Positions 9,606 to 19,801 of a DNA stretch of 64,000 bases are shown here, one piece after another. Below the pieces are notes generated by a model. It ran no database searches, was not told where the DNA came from, and saw only the letters and a program-made list of their open reading frames with translations. The stretch spans positions 11,036 to 75,035 of the forward strand of contig DUCF01000056.1 of NCBI GenBank assembly GCA_012959965.1. Direction: 5' to 3'. A program made the translations under genes and the position numbers. The DNA is from Candidatus Thioglobus sp. GTDB taxonomy: Bacteria; Pseudomonadota; Gammaproteobacteria; PS1; Pseudothioglobaceae. Position 1 is the first letter of the stretch, and every line of letters begins with the position of its first letter.

Positions 9606-10190
9606 TTAAATACTTTGCAACATGCCTTGCACACCAAATCGATCGACCTTAATCATTACGGTCGATTGGTAGTATTTTATCAAGCTGTCGTCGTTAAGGA
9701 CGATGTCAAAAATTTGCCAACGATTGTTCGCGTTTTTATGAAACCATAAGTCGAAATAAATACCCTGTTGAGAAAGACCACTGATATTAAGCTTGACGGA
9801 AATCTTTCCACCGAGTTCAGGCTTAGCAGAAACAAAGGCAAGCTTTAAAGTTTGCGATTGCACTAGCTTGTACAACAGTGTGTTAATCATGTTGTTTTTT
9901 AGTCTCAAGGCAAAGTACTGAGCTTCACTATTGCTCAGTTGTTGATTTGAGGGCATAACAAGCAACACTTCATTAGCAATAAAGCCGAAGTCAAATAACG
10001 GCACAACCTCTTCGAGCACTAACTTCTCCATTGACTCAGGAGAATAGGTTAGGCTTTGTGTTATTTGATTGAGACTGGTAATCGCATTTTGGATCGCATA
10101 AACAGGGCTATCCTCCACTTCGTCTGAGGCAGCAAAACTTTGAGAAAGCATCAGCGTCAAGATTAATGCAAAAGCAGAAAATCTCTTCAT
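9606..10190 (-). CDS. MlaC/Ttg2D-like periplasmic lipid-binding protein
   Basis: Signal peptide MKRFSAFALILTLMLSQSFA. The tail WQIFDIVLNDDSLIKYYQSTV..F..G resembles the MlaC family. I prefer the Met at 10190 (GGAG 9 nt upstream) over the track start at 10211. Confidence 0.5.
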   Translation of the reverse strand: MKRFSAFALILTLMLSQSFAASDEVEDSPVYAIQNAITSLNQITQSLTYSPESMEKLVLEEVVPLFDFGFIANEVLLVMPSNQQLSNSEAQYFALRLKNNMINTLLYKLVQSQTLKLAFVSAKPELGGKISVKLNISGLSQQGIYFDLWFHKNANNRWQIFDIVLNDDSLIKYYQSTVMIKVDRFGVQGMLQSI

Positions 10191-10293
10191 TTTATTCTCC
10201 ATAATGGCCAAAGAAAACCAAGTAAAATCGATACAAATTATTCCCGTTCTACCCTATTATATTGACATTTAGCATAAGTAAATACTTATTATT

Positions 10294-11628
10294 ATGACAT
10301 TCTTGAGTCGCCCTTTTAAATCCACATTATTACTCTTAAGCCTTTTTATAACAGGGTTTGTTAATACTTGCTATGCAGACGAACAATACTCACCGCTCGA
10401 GTCCCCTGATTTTTTTAAAGAACTAAGCACCTTCACCACCGTTTACACCCAAATTAAGAAGTACTATGTTGATGAGGTGGATGATAAAACACTCTTTGAA
10501 AACGCCATTCAAGGCATGCTTGAGGGGCTGGACCCTTATTCAACACACCTTAATCCAGCCGACCAAGCGGATTTGGTAGAATCAACGATGGGCCAATTTG
10601 GCGGCCTGGGAATTGTTATCGCAACCCAAGGGGAGTTAATTCAGATTATCTCTCCAATTGATGACACCCCCGCTTATCGCGCCGGCCTCCAGGCGGGTGA
10701 CCTGATTCTTAAAATAGATGATCAGTACGTTAGTGAAATTAATCTGCAAGATGGTGTCAAACTAATGCGTGGATTACCAGGTACAAAAGTCAGTCTGACG
10801 ATTAGACGCGCAGATCAAGCGCCGTTTGAACTGGAAATCAAAAGAGAGATTATTACTATCACCTCTGTCAGGGGTTATCTTCTTGAAGACGGCATGGCTT
10901 ACATTAGGATTTCGAACTTTCAACTGCCGAGCGCAAGGTTACTGAAAAAGCTTGTAGCAAAGCTAACACACCAGAATAATGGTGAGTTAAGCTCCCTTAT
11001 ATTGGATTTAAGAAACAATCCAGGCGGTGCGCTTGCTGCAGCAATCGATGTCTCAAACCTCTTTATTGACAGCACTGGCATTGTTGTTTACACCGAAGGC
11101 AGGGTTGATAATGCAAGTATGCGCTTTGATACTGAACGTGGTGATATTCTAAACGGTGCACCGATGATTACCCTGATTAACAAGGGTTCCGCCTCTGCCT
11201 CCGAAATCGTTGCTGGTGCCTTACAAGATCACAATCGCTCAATTATTATGGGGCAAACCTCATTTGGCAAAGGCTCTGTGCAGTCATTGATCGACCTAGA
11301 AGGCGGTTATGGGATGAAGCTCACCACAGCGCGCTTCTACACCCCATCTGGCAATGTCATTCAAGACAAGGGTATTAGCCCAGACATTACCCTTGAAAAG
11401 CCTACAATGGATGAAGTTGAGGAAGAGTCCGATACTGAGGAGATGCAGGATTCAGAAAATCATTTGAATGGAGATCCTACAAAGCTCAATGAGGACGAGA
11501 TACTTGAAAGACAAGATGCCATTAAAGAAAAGACCGATAAGGAGGTTGTCGAATTCTTGTTACAAGACTATGGCGTCCAACAGGCCATGAGTCACTTAAG
11601 GGCGCTCACAACAACCAACATTATTTAA
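10294..11628 (+). CDS. ctpA: carboxy-terminal processing (S41) protease
   Basis: Signal peptide, PDZ segment GLQAGDLILKIDD, catalytic Ser region GSASASEIVAGAL, and Lys region TSFGKGSVQ. Confidence 0.9.
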   Translation: MTFLSRPFKSTLLLLSLFITGFVNTCYADEQYSPLESPDFFKELSTFTTVYTQIKKYYVDEVDDKTLFENAIQGMLEGLDPYSTHLNPADQADLVESTMGQFGGLGIVIATQGELIQIISPIDDTPAYRAGLQAGDLILKIDDQYVSEINLQDGVKLMRGLPGTKVSLTIRRADQAPFELEIKREIITITSVRGYLLEDGMAYIRISNFQLPSARLLKKLVAKLTHQNNGELSSLILDLRNNPGGALAAAIDVSNLFIDSTGIVVYTEGRVDNASMRFDTERGDILNGAPMITLINKGSASASEIVAGALQDHNRSIIMGQTSFGKGSVQSLIDLEGGYGMKLTTARFYTPSGNVIQDKGISPDITLEKPTMDEVEEESDTEEMQDSENHLNGDPTKLNEDEILERQDAIKEKTDKEVVEFLLQDYGVQQAMSHLRALTTTNII

Positions 11629-12392
11629 TGGCCAAAGTTTTATCCGTTGCTAATCAAAAAGGTGGTGTGGGAAAAACAACCACTGCTGTCAACTTAAGCG
11701 CCGCGCTGAGCACTGTTAACAAACGCGTCCTGCTGGTTGATATTGACCCTCAGGGCAATGCCACCATGGGTTGTGGTATTGATAAATATACTCTGGAACA
11801 CAGTATTTGCGAATTGCTACTAGACGAGTGCACGTTAGAACAAGCGATTATTGCTTCAGAAGATGCCTTAATTGATCTTATTGGCGCCAACACCGATTTG
11901 ATTGCTGCCGAAGTTGCACTTCTCAAAGGTAATGGTAGCAAAACAAAACTAAAGAGTTTAGTCGACCAACAACGTGATAACTACGACTACATTATCATTG
12001 ACTGCCCGCCTTCACTTAACATGCTTACTATTAACGCCTTTACCGCCAGTGATGGTATTGTTATTCCAATGCAATGTGAATACTACGCATTGGAAGGCTT
12101 AAGCTCACTGATTGAGACAATCACAAAAATACAAGCCACCAGTAATCCGAACCTTGAAATCTGTGGCATTATCAGGACCATGTACGACACTAGGAATAAC
12201 CTCTCTAACGAGGTTTCTGTACAACTATCTCAACATTTTACTCACAAAGTATTTAAAACAATAATCCCTAGAAATGTAAAATTAGCCGAAGCACCCAGCT
12301 TTGGTGTCTCAGCAATTAACTACGCCAGATCCTCCAAAGGCGCTATCGCCTATGTTGCGTTGGCGAGTGAAATAATACGTAGAACACAGTAA
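11628..12392 (+). CDS. parA: chromosome partitioning ATPase ParA/Soj
   Basis: Deviant Walker A NQKGGVGKTTT. The start ATG shares one base with the ctpA stop (TAATG). Confidence 0.9.
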   Translation: MAKVLSVANQKGGVGKTTTAVNLSAALSTVNKRVLLVDIDPQGNATMGCGIDKYTLEHSICELLLDECTLEQAIIASEDALIDLIGANTDLIAAEVALLKGNGSKTKLKSLVDQQRDNYDYIIIDCPPSLNMLTINAFTASDGIVIPMQCEYYALEGLSSLIETITKIQATSNPNLEICGIIRTMYDTRNNLSNEVSVQLSQHFTHKVFKTIIPRNVKLAEAPSFGVSAINYARSSKGAIAYVALASEIIRRTQ

Positions 12393-12397
12393 ACACT

Positions 12398-13252
12398 ATG
12401 GCAAAAAAATCTAAATTAGGAAGAGGTCTGGACATATTATTAGGCCAGTCAGTTGAAAATCCAGCACGGGCTCACACCAATGACAAGCTGGTGCAAATGC
12501 AGCTCGATCGATTGCAGCGCGGTCAATTTCAGCCCCGCTCAAAATTCGACGGCTCAAAGCTAGATGAGCTAACGCAGTCCATTGCCTCTCAAGGCGTTAT
12601 TCAGCCTTTGGTTGTTAGAGAAATCTCCGCCAATCAATATGAAATTATTGCTGGCGAGCGACGCTGGCGAGCCGCCAAACAAGCGGGGCTTGAGGAAGTA
12701 CCCGTTGTAATTAGAAATATTGACGACCAAATGGCCTTGGCCATTGCGCTTATAGAAAACATTCAAAGGGAGTCATTAACGCCAATTGAGGAGGCAAAGG
12801 CGTTATCAAAACTTATTCAAGATTTTAATATGACACATGAAGAAGTGTCCAAAGTGGTTGGTAGATCTCGTTCTGCAGTGAGTAACTTGCTGCGCTTGTT
12901 AAAATTGAGTGACGCGATTAAAACCATGCTTGAAAGCGGTGAAATTGACATGGGTCATGCGCGAACCTTGCTACCGCTTCCCGATGACCTGCAAATTCAG
13001 TTGGCCCAAGAGATTGTCGCTAGAGGGTTGTCTGTAAGGCAAACAGAGGTATTGGTTAAGCAGGCACTTAATCCAAATCCAAAAAACATCAAAAAACCTA
13101 ACCCTCAATGGCTAGAGATGACAGAATCTATCTCCAAAAGACTCAACTCCAAAGCTGAAATCAAACCCGGCAAAGGCGACACTGGAAAAATCATCATTCA
13201 CTTCGACTCTAAAGAATCATTGGACAATATTTTCAAGAAGATTAAAGACTAA
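12398..13252 (+). CDS. parB: chromosome partitioning protein ParB/Spo0J
   Basis: ParB box IIAGERRWRAA and a central HTH (EVSKVVGRSRSAVSNLLRL). Confidence 0.9.
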   Translation: MAKKSKLGRGLDILLGQSVENPARAHTNDKLVQMQLDRLQRGQFQPRSKFDGSKLDELTQSIASQGVIQPLVVREISANQYEIIAGERRWRAAKQAGLEEVPVVIRNIDDQMALAIALIENIQRESLTPIEEAKALSKLIQDFNMTHEEVSKVVGRSRSAVSNLLRLLKLSDAIKTMLESGEIDMGHARTLLPLPDDLQIQLAQEIVARGLSVRQTEVLVKQALNPNPKNIKKPNPQWLEMTESISKRLNSKAEIKPGKGDTGKIIIHFDSKESLDNIFKKIKD

Positions 13253-14169
13253 TCAAAGCCACCAATTCTTGAGAATTGCATAGTGTTGTAATTGAAATCC
13301 CAATGCATCCATACACCTACCGCCTTACCGATAATATAACTCTCAGGAACAAAACCCCACACTCGTGAATCACTGCTATATGCCCTATTATCGCCCATCA
13401 CGAAGTAATGCCCTTCTGGTACGGTTGTTTCCTCTAATTCTGGCGAATAGCCTCTAGGATGAAGTAGAATATCATGATTTCCACCCTCTATCTTTTCTCT
13501 AACAAGGTTATAGCCACTCATGGCGCGACCCGAATCAACACCCTTATAAGAGCCAATTTCACTGTAGTCAATCTCACTACCATTAATCGTTAAGTAGTCT
13601 CTTGTGTAACTGATGGTATCACCCGGAAGACCAATAATGCGCTTAATAAAGTCAGCACCCTTATAAGCTTTATCTTTTTTATAGTTAGGATATCTAAAGA
13701 CCACAACATCACCACGCTCAGGTGCTGAAAACTCAATCAATTGAGTGTTGATAATTGGAAGCCTTAAGCCATAATCAAACTTATTAACAACAATAAAATC
13801 GCCAGTTAACAAGGTTGGCATCATCGAGTTTGATGGCACTCGAAACGGCTCAAAGACAAATCCGCGGAAGAGTATTACTAATATAAGAATAGGGAAGAAT
13901 TCAATCGACCACTGCACAATTTTTGGTCGGTGCTTGTACTTTTCGTTTTTTGAAAATTTTAGAAAAATAAGAAAATATAAGAATTTACCCAAAGTCGATT
14001 GATTGGCACTTTGTGCGTCGTCACCACTTCTCTTGCTAGCAAAGAAAAGCAAGTCAACAATAACAATAACAAGGGCCAACACAAGGGCGGCAAACAAGTA
14101 AGTCACAACATCCCAGGCAAAGAATGACTCTGCGTTTGCAAGTACTCCTGAACTAATATCGTTGCTCAT
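13249..14169 (-). CDS. lepB: signal peptidase I
   Basis: Catalytic Ser box SNSMMPTL, Lys box FIKRIIGLPGD, and GDNRAYSSDSR. Confidence 0.9.
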   Translation of the reverse strand: MSNDISSGVLANAESFFAWDVVTYLFAALVLALVIVIVDLLFFASKRSGDDAQSANQSTLGKFLYFLIFLKFSKNEKYKHRPKIVQWSIEFFPILILVILFRGFVFEPFRVPSNSMMPTLLTGDFIVVNKFDYGLRLPIINTQLIEFSAPERGDVVVFRYPNYKKDKAYKGADFIKRIIGLPGDTISYTRDYLTINGSEIDYSEIGSYKGVDSGRAMSGYNLVREKIEGGNHDILLHPRGYSPELEETTVPEGHYFVMGDNRAYSSDSRVWGFVPESYIIGKAVGVWMHWDFNYNTMQFSRIGGFD

Positions 14170-14223
14170 TTATTCATTTCCTAAAAATATTGGTTTGTAT
14201 TATAACTGTGGAGCTTAACTTGT

Positions 14224-15528
14224 TTAGCTTGTCTCGCTGATGTTCATCCCAATCTTTGTGCACAGTTCGACAAAATTTGGAAAAGAAGTTTGCACGTTAT
14301 CAACACCTTCGATTTGGATCTCGTGCTCGCATCTCAGTGAGGCGATTGCAAAAGACATCGATATACGATGATCGTGATGCGACTGAATCACGGAGCCTGG
14401 TTTGGAAAATTCACCGCCTTGAATGCGGATGCCGTCTTCCAATACTTCGTTCTCAATACCCAAAATATCAAGCCCATCGGCCATCACTTGGATGCGGTCC
14501 GACTCTTTAACGCGCAACTCCCTCGCGCCGGTTAAAACGGTTTCCCCTATGGCACAACTGGCCGCAATGAAAAGCGATGGAAACTCATCAATAGCAAGTG
14601 GCACTAAATTTTTCGGAATATTAATTCCTTTTAAGTTTGATGATTGCACACGAATATCAGCCACCAATTCACCGCCCGATACACGCTCGTTGCAAAGCGT
14701 AATATTACCACCCATCAATTTAAGTATATCAATCACGCCCGTACGAGTTGGGTTAATATTAACTGCTTCAAGAGTAATGTCAGAATCCTTAGCAATACAC
14801 CCCGCCACCATAAAAAATGCAGAAGATGAGATGTCGCTAGGCACTTCAATATCACAAGCGGTTAGTTCGCCACCGCCAGTGAGTGAAATGCGACCATTGT
14901 CGGTTTTAACATCATAGCCAAAGCCTCTGAGCATTCGCTCTGTGTGATCTCGAGTGATACCACCTTCAGTTACAGAGGTTGTGCCCTGGGCGTATAGACC
15001 AGCCAATAAAAGGCAAGATTTAATTTGTGCAGAGGCAACAGGCAAGGTGTAATCAATTGCACTCAACTTTTGACCACCCTCAATAACCAATGGCGGCTTA
15101 CCGTCTTGAGAGTCAATTTTTGCACCCATCGTGCTTAGAGGGTCAATCACTCTACCCATCGGTCTTTTAGAAAGCGACTCATCGCCATGCAGCTCACAAT
15201 CAAAACTTTGCGCACTCAACAGGCCAGACATTAATCGCATTGAGGTGCCAGAATTTCCCAAATCTAGTGGGCTTGAAGGCGCTTTGAGTCCGTGCATGCC
15301 GACACCATGAATCGTCACATTTGAACCCTCTCGCTCAATTTTGACGCCCATATCTTGAAATGCTTTAAGTGTGGACAAAGCGTCCTCACCTTCTAAGAAG
15401 CCACTGACTTGAGTTACTCCGTTAGCGATTGAGCCAAGCATAATAGAGCGGTGTGAAATTGACTTGTCCCCAGGGACTTTAATCGTGCCTTTTAATGATT
15501 GTGCGGGTGATACTACAAAACTACTCAT
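14224..15528 (-). CDS. aroA: 3-phosphoshikimate 1-carboxyvinyltransferase (EPSP synthase)
   Basis: 434 aa. Motifs include PGDKSISHR, LGNSGTSMRL and RVKESDRI. Confidence 0.95.
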   Translation of the reverse strand: MSSFVVSPAQSLKGTIKVPGDKSISHRSIMLGSIANGVTQVSGFLEGEDALSTLKAFQDMGVKIEREGSNVTIHGVGMHGLKAPSSPLDLGNSGTSMRLMSGLLSAQSFDCELHGDESLSKRPMGRVIDPLSTMGAKIDSQDGKPPLVIEGGQKLSAIDYTLPVASAQIKSCLLLAGLYAQGTTSVTEGGITRDHTERMLRGFGYDVKTDNGRISLTGGGELTACDIEVPSDISSSAFFMVAGCIAKDSDITLEAVNINPTRTGVIDILKLMGGNITLCNERVSGGELVADIRVQSSNLKGINIPKNLVPLAIDEFPSLFIAASCAIGETVLTGARELRVKESDRIQVMADGLDILGIENEVLEDGIRIQGGEFSKPGSVIQSHHDHRISMSFAIASLRCEHEIQIEGVDNVQTSFPNFVELCTKIGMNISETS

Positions 15529-15549
15529 GCTTTCCTTTTGGGTCTCTAT

Positions 15550-16401
15550 TTATACCAGCCACTGATCACGAGTGCTTTTTGCGTCTCGAAACAGGGTTTC
15601 TATTGCTGTTGTGTTTTCATTCTCTATCACATCGATCAAATTGTCTAATGTATCCCTATAACCTTTGATGTGCTTAACAATGGCTTCTTTGTTATTAAGG
15701 CAAATATCACGCCACATAATTGGATCGCCAGAAGCAATGCGAGAGAAATCTCTAAAGCCGCCCGCAGCATATAAGCTGGCGCTTGGGTTCTGAGAGATTA
15801 GATAATTCATAATTGAAAAAGCCAACATGTGCGGTAAATGAGACGTCATACCTAGCAGCTCATCGTGCGAGGCAGCACTCATCATATCAACAGTTGCACC
15901 GGCCGCTTGCCAAATACTTTTTACCGCTTCAACTGCTTCTGATGAGCTTGATTCGGTCGGTGTAATAATCACCTTTCTTCCCACAAACAAGTCACCATCA
16001 CTAGCCTCAAAGCCACTTTTTTCTTTGCCAGCAATCGGGTGTGCTGGTACAAAATTACTTGGCAAGGAGCCAAAAACTGATTCTACAACCTTAATAACAC
16101 TGGCCTTTGTACTGCCAACATCAGTAATAACCGTGGTCTCACTCAAATGCGGCTGAATACTTTTAAGAATAGATTCAAAGCTGCCGACCGGTGCCGCAAT
16201 CACAACAATATCAGCACCATTAAGCGCCTCTTTAATATCGGTGGTGTAATCAGTAATAACGCCGTTATTTTGCGCCGCTTGTAGTCTCTGCGCATCTCGG
16301 CCAAAACCAACAACATGCATGGCTTGCTTACTACGAATTATCGCCTTGGCCAATGAACCACCAATTAAACCCACACCAACAATACAAACTTTATTCATCA
16401 C
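15550..16401 (-). CDS. tyrA: prephenate/arogenate dehydrogenase
   Basis: NAD fold VCIVGVGLIGGSLA; 283 aa. It lies between hisC and aroA, as in pseudomonad aromatic clusters. Confidence 0.85.
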   Translation of the reverse strand: MMNKVCIVGVGLIGGSLAKAIIRSKQAMHVVGFGRDAQRLQAAQNNGVITDYTTDIKEALNGADIVVIAAPVGSFESILKSIQPHLSETTVITDVGSTKASVIKVVESVFGSLPSNFVPAHPIAGKEKSGFEASDGDLFVGRKVIITPTESSSSEAVEAVKSIWQAAGATVDMMSAASHDELLGMTSHLPHMLAFSIMNYLISQNPSASLYAAGGFRDFSRIASGDPIMWRDICLNNKEAIVKHIKGYRDTLDNLIDVIENENTTAIETLFRDAKSTRDQWLV

Positions 16402-17462
16402 AATACAGTTTCGAGCGCTTCAAGTAGGCGGGTGTTTTCAGCCTCAGTTCCAACTGAGACTCTGAGGTAATTTGGCATTTCAACCGGACGAACTATGACA
16501 CCTTCTCTTAATAATTTCTCAAAAATATCATTTGCATTACTCACTTCAACAGCAACAAAATTTGCTGAAGATGCAATAAATATTAGGCCAAGTTTTGTGA
16601 AACCAGCCTCAAGCTGCTTAACGCCCGCGTTATTAACTTGAATCGATGTTTGTAAGTACTCAGCATCCGCTAAAGATGCAATAGCTGCACTTTGAGCAAC
16701 GTGGTTAACGTTAAACGGCTCTCGCACCCTATTAATGTAGTCGGCAATTTCAGCGCTTGAGATTGCATAACCCACTCTAAGCCCCGCAAGACCGTAGGCC
16801 TTTGAAAAGGTGCGAGTGATAATTAAATTACTAAAAACACCAAGCCAGTCAATAGTGGGATCATCGGTATTCAAATATTCAATATAAGCTTGATCTAAAA
16901 CCACAGGGATAGTTTTAGGGACTCTCTCCAAGAAACTGTACAACTCATCGTTAGAAAGCAATGTGCCTGTTGGGTTATTTGGATTGGCGACAAAAATTAA
17001 TTTTGTGTTGTTGCTAACCATTGACAACATTGCCTCTAAATCGTGACCAAAATTCTTAGCTGGGGTGACTTTTGCAGTTGCGCCTAGTGCTTGCGTCGCC
17101 AAAGGATAAACAGGGAACGCATACTGGGAAAAAACCACCTCATCACTGGCCGCAGAGACAAACACTCGAGCAATCAGCTCAAGCACTTCATTGGAGCCAT
17201 TGCCAAGCGTTAAGGTATCGATTGATACGCCAAGATGCACCCCTAATGCGCTCTTAAGGCTGAAGCCATTGCCATCGGGATAGCGATAAATTTCTGTAAG
17301 AGATTCTTTAATTGCCTCAACAACTTTTGCGCTAGCGCCTAAAGGATTTTCGTTGGAAGCCAGTTTGATAACCGTTTCAAGGCCAAGCTCACGTTTCAGC
17401 TCTTCTATTGGCTTGCCACCTTGATACGGTCTCAAGCCAAGAATGGATTTGCAAGCGTTCAT
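16398..17462 (-). CDS. hisC: histidinol-phosphate/aromatic aminotransferase
   Basis: Class II aminotransferase with PLP-Lys motif TFSKAYGLAGLRVGY. ATGA overlaps on both sides. Confidence 0.85.
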   Translation of the reverse strand: MNACKSILGLRPYQGGKPIEELKRELGLETVIKLASNENPLGASAKVVEAIKESLTEIYRYPDGNGFSLKSALGVHLGVSIDTLTLGNGSNEVLELIARVFVSAASDEVVFSQYAFPVYPLATQALGATAKVTPAKNFGHDLEAMLSMVSNNTKLIFVANPNNPTGTLLSNDELYSFLERVPKTIPVVLDQAYIEYLNTDDPTIDWLGVFSNLIITRTFSKAYGLAGLRVGYAISSAEIADYINRVREPFNVNHVAQSAAIASLADAEYLQTSIQVNNAGVKQLEAGFTKLGLIFIASSANFVAVEVSNANDIFEKLLREGVIVRPVEMPNYLRVSVGTEAENTRLLEALETVL

Positions 17463-18538
17463 AGTATAGCGACTGGGTAAGAGCCAAGGATGCTGAGTTT
17501 CGAGACATATTTTCCAACCTCTTTTAAAGCAGATTGAACATTGGCATCACTTTGATGGCCTTCTATATCAATGAAAAACAAGTACTCCCACTTGACACCG
17601 GGAATGGGATGTCTTGCTAATTGCAGCATATTTATATCATGCTTTTTAAATGGCTCAAGTAAATCGAAAAGCGCACCAGATTCGTGTTTTGTGACGACAA
17701 GTAATGAGGTCTTATCTTTGCCGCCAGCTGGCACAGAGTCTTTACCAATAGCAACAAATCGAGTGACGTTACCCGCCCTATCTTCAATATTTTTTGCCAC
17801 ACGTTGCAGGCCGTATAGGCCAAGTGCCGCTTCAGAAGCAATCGCTGCTGCATTGGACTCATCCTTAACCATACGTGCCGCCAACGCATTCGATGCGACA
17901 GCGCGCAATTCGACTTTAGGATGATGATTAGCTAGCCAGCGACGACATTGATCAAGTGCCTGTTGATGGGCATAAATTATTTTAATTTCTTGCGCCTGAT
18001 CCTGCATCATTAGTTGATGAGAAATCGCAATTTCCACTTCACCACAAATGTGTAAATCATGACTGTAGAGCAAGTCCAACGTAGCGCCAATCACGCCGTT
18101 CGAGGAGTTTTCAATAGGCACGACACCGTAATGTGCGTTGTCCGTTTCCACTTGATGAAAAATCTCATCAATGTTGCCACAATCAAGCGTAGAAACAGCG
18201 TGACCAAAATGCTTCAATGCAGCCTCTTGAGTGAATGTGCCTTCAGGCCCCAAGAATGCAATCTTGAGCGGCTGCTCAAGTGCAAGACAAGCAGACATAA
18301 TTTCACGAAAGATATGCCCTACGTCCTTATCTTTTAACAAGCTTTTATTGCGCTCAATAACCCGAGACAAAACTTGTGCCTCTCTCTCTGGACGATAAAA
18401 TACACTCTGCGTATTGGTTTCTTTTTTAACCTTGGCAACTTCGGCCGCCAAATCTGCACGCGTTGCAATAAGCGCCTGAATGTTTTCGTCCAAGGCGTCA
18501 ATTTTCATTCTTAAATCTTTTAAAGCTTGCTCTTTCAT
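17459..18538 (-). CDS. pheA: bifunctional chorismate mutase / prephenate dehydratase (P-protein)
   Basis: N-terminal chorismate mutase helices (LRMKIDALDENIQALIATR), prephenate dehydratase motif IAFLGPEGTFTQEA, and a C-terminal ACT domain. Confidence 0.9.
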   Translation of the reverse strand: MKEQALKDLRMKIDALDENIQALIATRADLAAEVAKVKKETNTQSVFYRPEREAQVLSRVIERNKSLLKDKDVGHIFREIMSACLALEQPLKIAFLGPEGTFTQEAALKHFGHAVSTLDCGNIDEIFHQVETDNAHYGVVPIENSSNGVIGATLDLLYSHDLHICGEVEIAISHQLMMQDQAQEIKIIYAHQQALDQCRRWLANHHPKVELRAVASNALAARMVKDESNAAAIASEAALGLYGLQRVAKNIEDRAGNVTRFVAIGKDSVPAGGKDKTSLLVVTKHESGALFDLLEPFKKHDINMLQLARHPIPGVKWEYLFFIDIEGHQSDANVQSALKEVGKYVSKLSILGSYPVAIL

Positions 18539-18583
18539 ATCAGTTGTAAATTTTATTAGATTTGGGCGACTTATGTGCCTTCT

Positions 18584-19663
18584 TTAAGCCTGCATTCTTT
18601 CAAACTCTTTCATAAAGCTAACTAACGCTTCAACACCATCAAGCTCCATTGCATTATAGATGCTGGCACGCATGCCGCCAACCGCTTTGTGACCTTTTAA
18701 CGCCAATAAACCTGCGTCAGATGCAGATTTAACAAACTGAGCATCAAGTTTAGCATCAGCGAGGAAGAACGGTACATTCATCCAAGAGCGGTAACGTGGC
18801 GCGATATTGTTTGAATAAAAATCAGACCGATCAATGGCTTGATACAACAATTGAGACTTTTGTTCGTTTTGCCTGGCAATTGCTTCGATACCACCCAACT
18901 CTTTAAGCCATTCAAAAACCAATGCTGCCGCATACCAAGCAAACGTGCACGGCGTGTTGTACATCGAATCGTTATGGGCTTGCGCTGCATAATCAAACAT
19001 AACAGGTTGGCCAGCCATCACATCGCCAATTAAATCCTCTCTAACAATCACCACAGTTAAGCCTGCGGCGCCGATGTTCTTTTGCGCTCCAGCATAAATC
19101 ACGCCAAATTTAGAGACGTCGATCGGCCGCGAAAGGATCGAAGATGACATATCGGCAACCACTGGCATAGCCACTTCAGGAATATAATCAAACTCCAAGC
19201 CAGCAATGGTTTCGTTGGGCGTGTAGTGCAAATAAGCCGCCCCCTCATCAATGCGCCAATCAGAAAAATCCCCAATATCAGTAAAGCCATTGTCAATACT
19301 ATTAGTGCAAATATTAACATCACAATAGCGAGCACCCTCTTTAATGGCTTTGTCGGACCAATGTCCAGTATGGGTGTAGTTGGCTGTTTTCTTACCTCGC
19401 AACAAGTTAATCGGCACCATGGAGAATTGCTGAGAAGCTCCGCCCTGCAAAAACAAAACTTTGTAATTATCAGGAATTGCCATTAAGTCTCTAAGGTCTT
19501 GCTCGGCTTTTCTTGCTAGCGCCATAAAGTCCACCCCTCGATGAGAGATTTCAATCGCAGAGGCTCTGGCATTACCAAATTCGAGTAAATCACGCTGAAT
19601 TTTACTTAATACGGATTTTGGTAGTGTGGATGGGCCAGCACTAAAGTTGAAAATCTGCTCCAT
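18584..19663 (-). CDS. serC: phosphoserine aminotransferase
   Basis: FNFSAGPSTLP N-terminus and PLP-Lys region GAQKNIGAAGLTVVIV. Confidence 0.95.
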   Translation of the reverse strand: MEQIFNFSAGPSTLPKSVLSKIQRDLLEFGNARASAIEISHRGVDFMALARKAEQDLRDLMAIPDNYKVLFLQGGASQQFSMVPINLLRGKKTANYTHTGHWSDKAIKEGARYCDVNICTNSIDNGFTDIGDFSDWRIDEGAAYLHYTPNETIAGLEFDYIPEVAMPVVADMSSSILSRPIDVSKFGVIYAGAQKNIGAAGLTVVIVREDLIGDVMAGQPVMFDYAAQAHNDSMYNTPCTFAWYAAALVFEWLKELGGIEAIARQNEQKSQLLYQAIDRSDFYSNNIAPRYRSWMNVPFFLADAKLDAQFVKSASDAGLLALKGHKAVGGMRASIYNAMELDGVEALVSFMKEFERMQA

Positions 19664-19801
19664 AAAGGTAAATTAACTGTTGAAAATTTCTAGACATTTT
19701 ACCTCAGACTATCAATTTAACTTGATTAGTACACCGCATTAATTAATACTACAACAGGGGTTTATACACTAGAATAAGAAGCAATAACACAGGATTATCG
19801 G

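Noticed and set aside
6026-10211. A tRNA-associated genomic island carrying the repeat protein, OMP and MlaC-like genes.
   Set aside because: There is no integrase or recombinase, and I saw no direct repeat of the tRNA 3' end. The accessory-looking genes lie on the 5' side of the tRNA, whereas islands usually insert at the 3' end.
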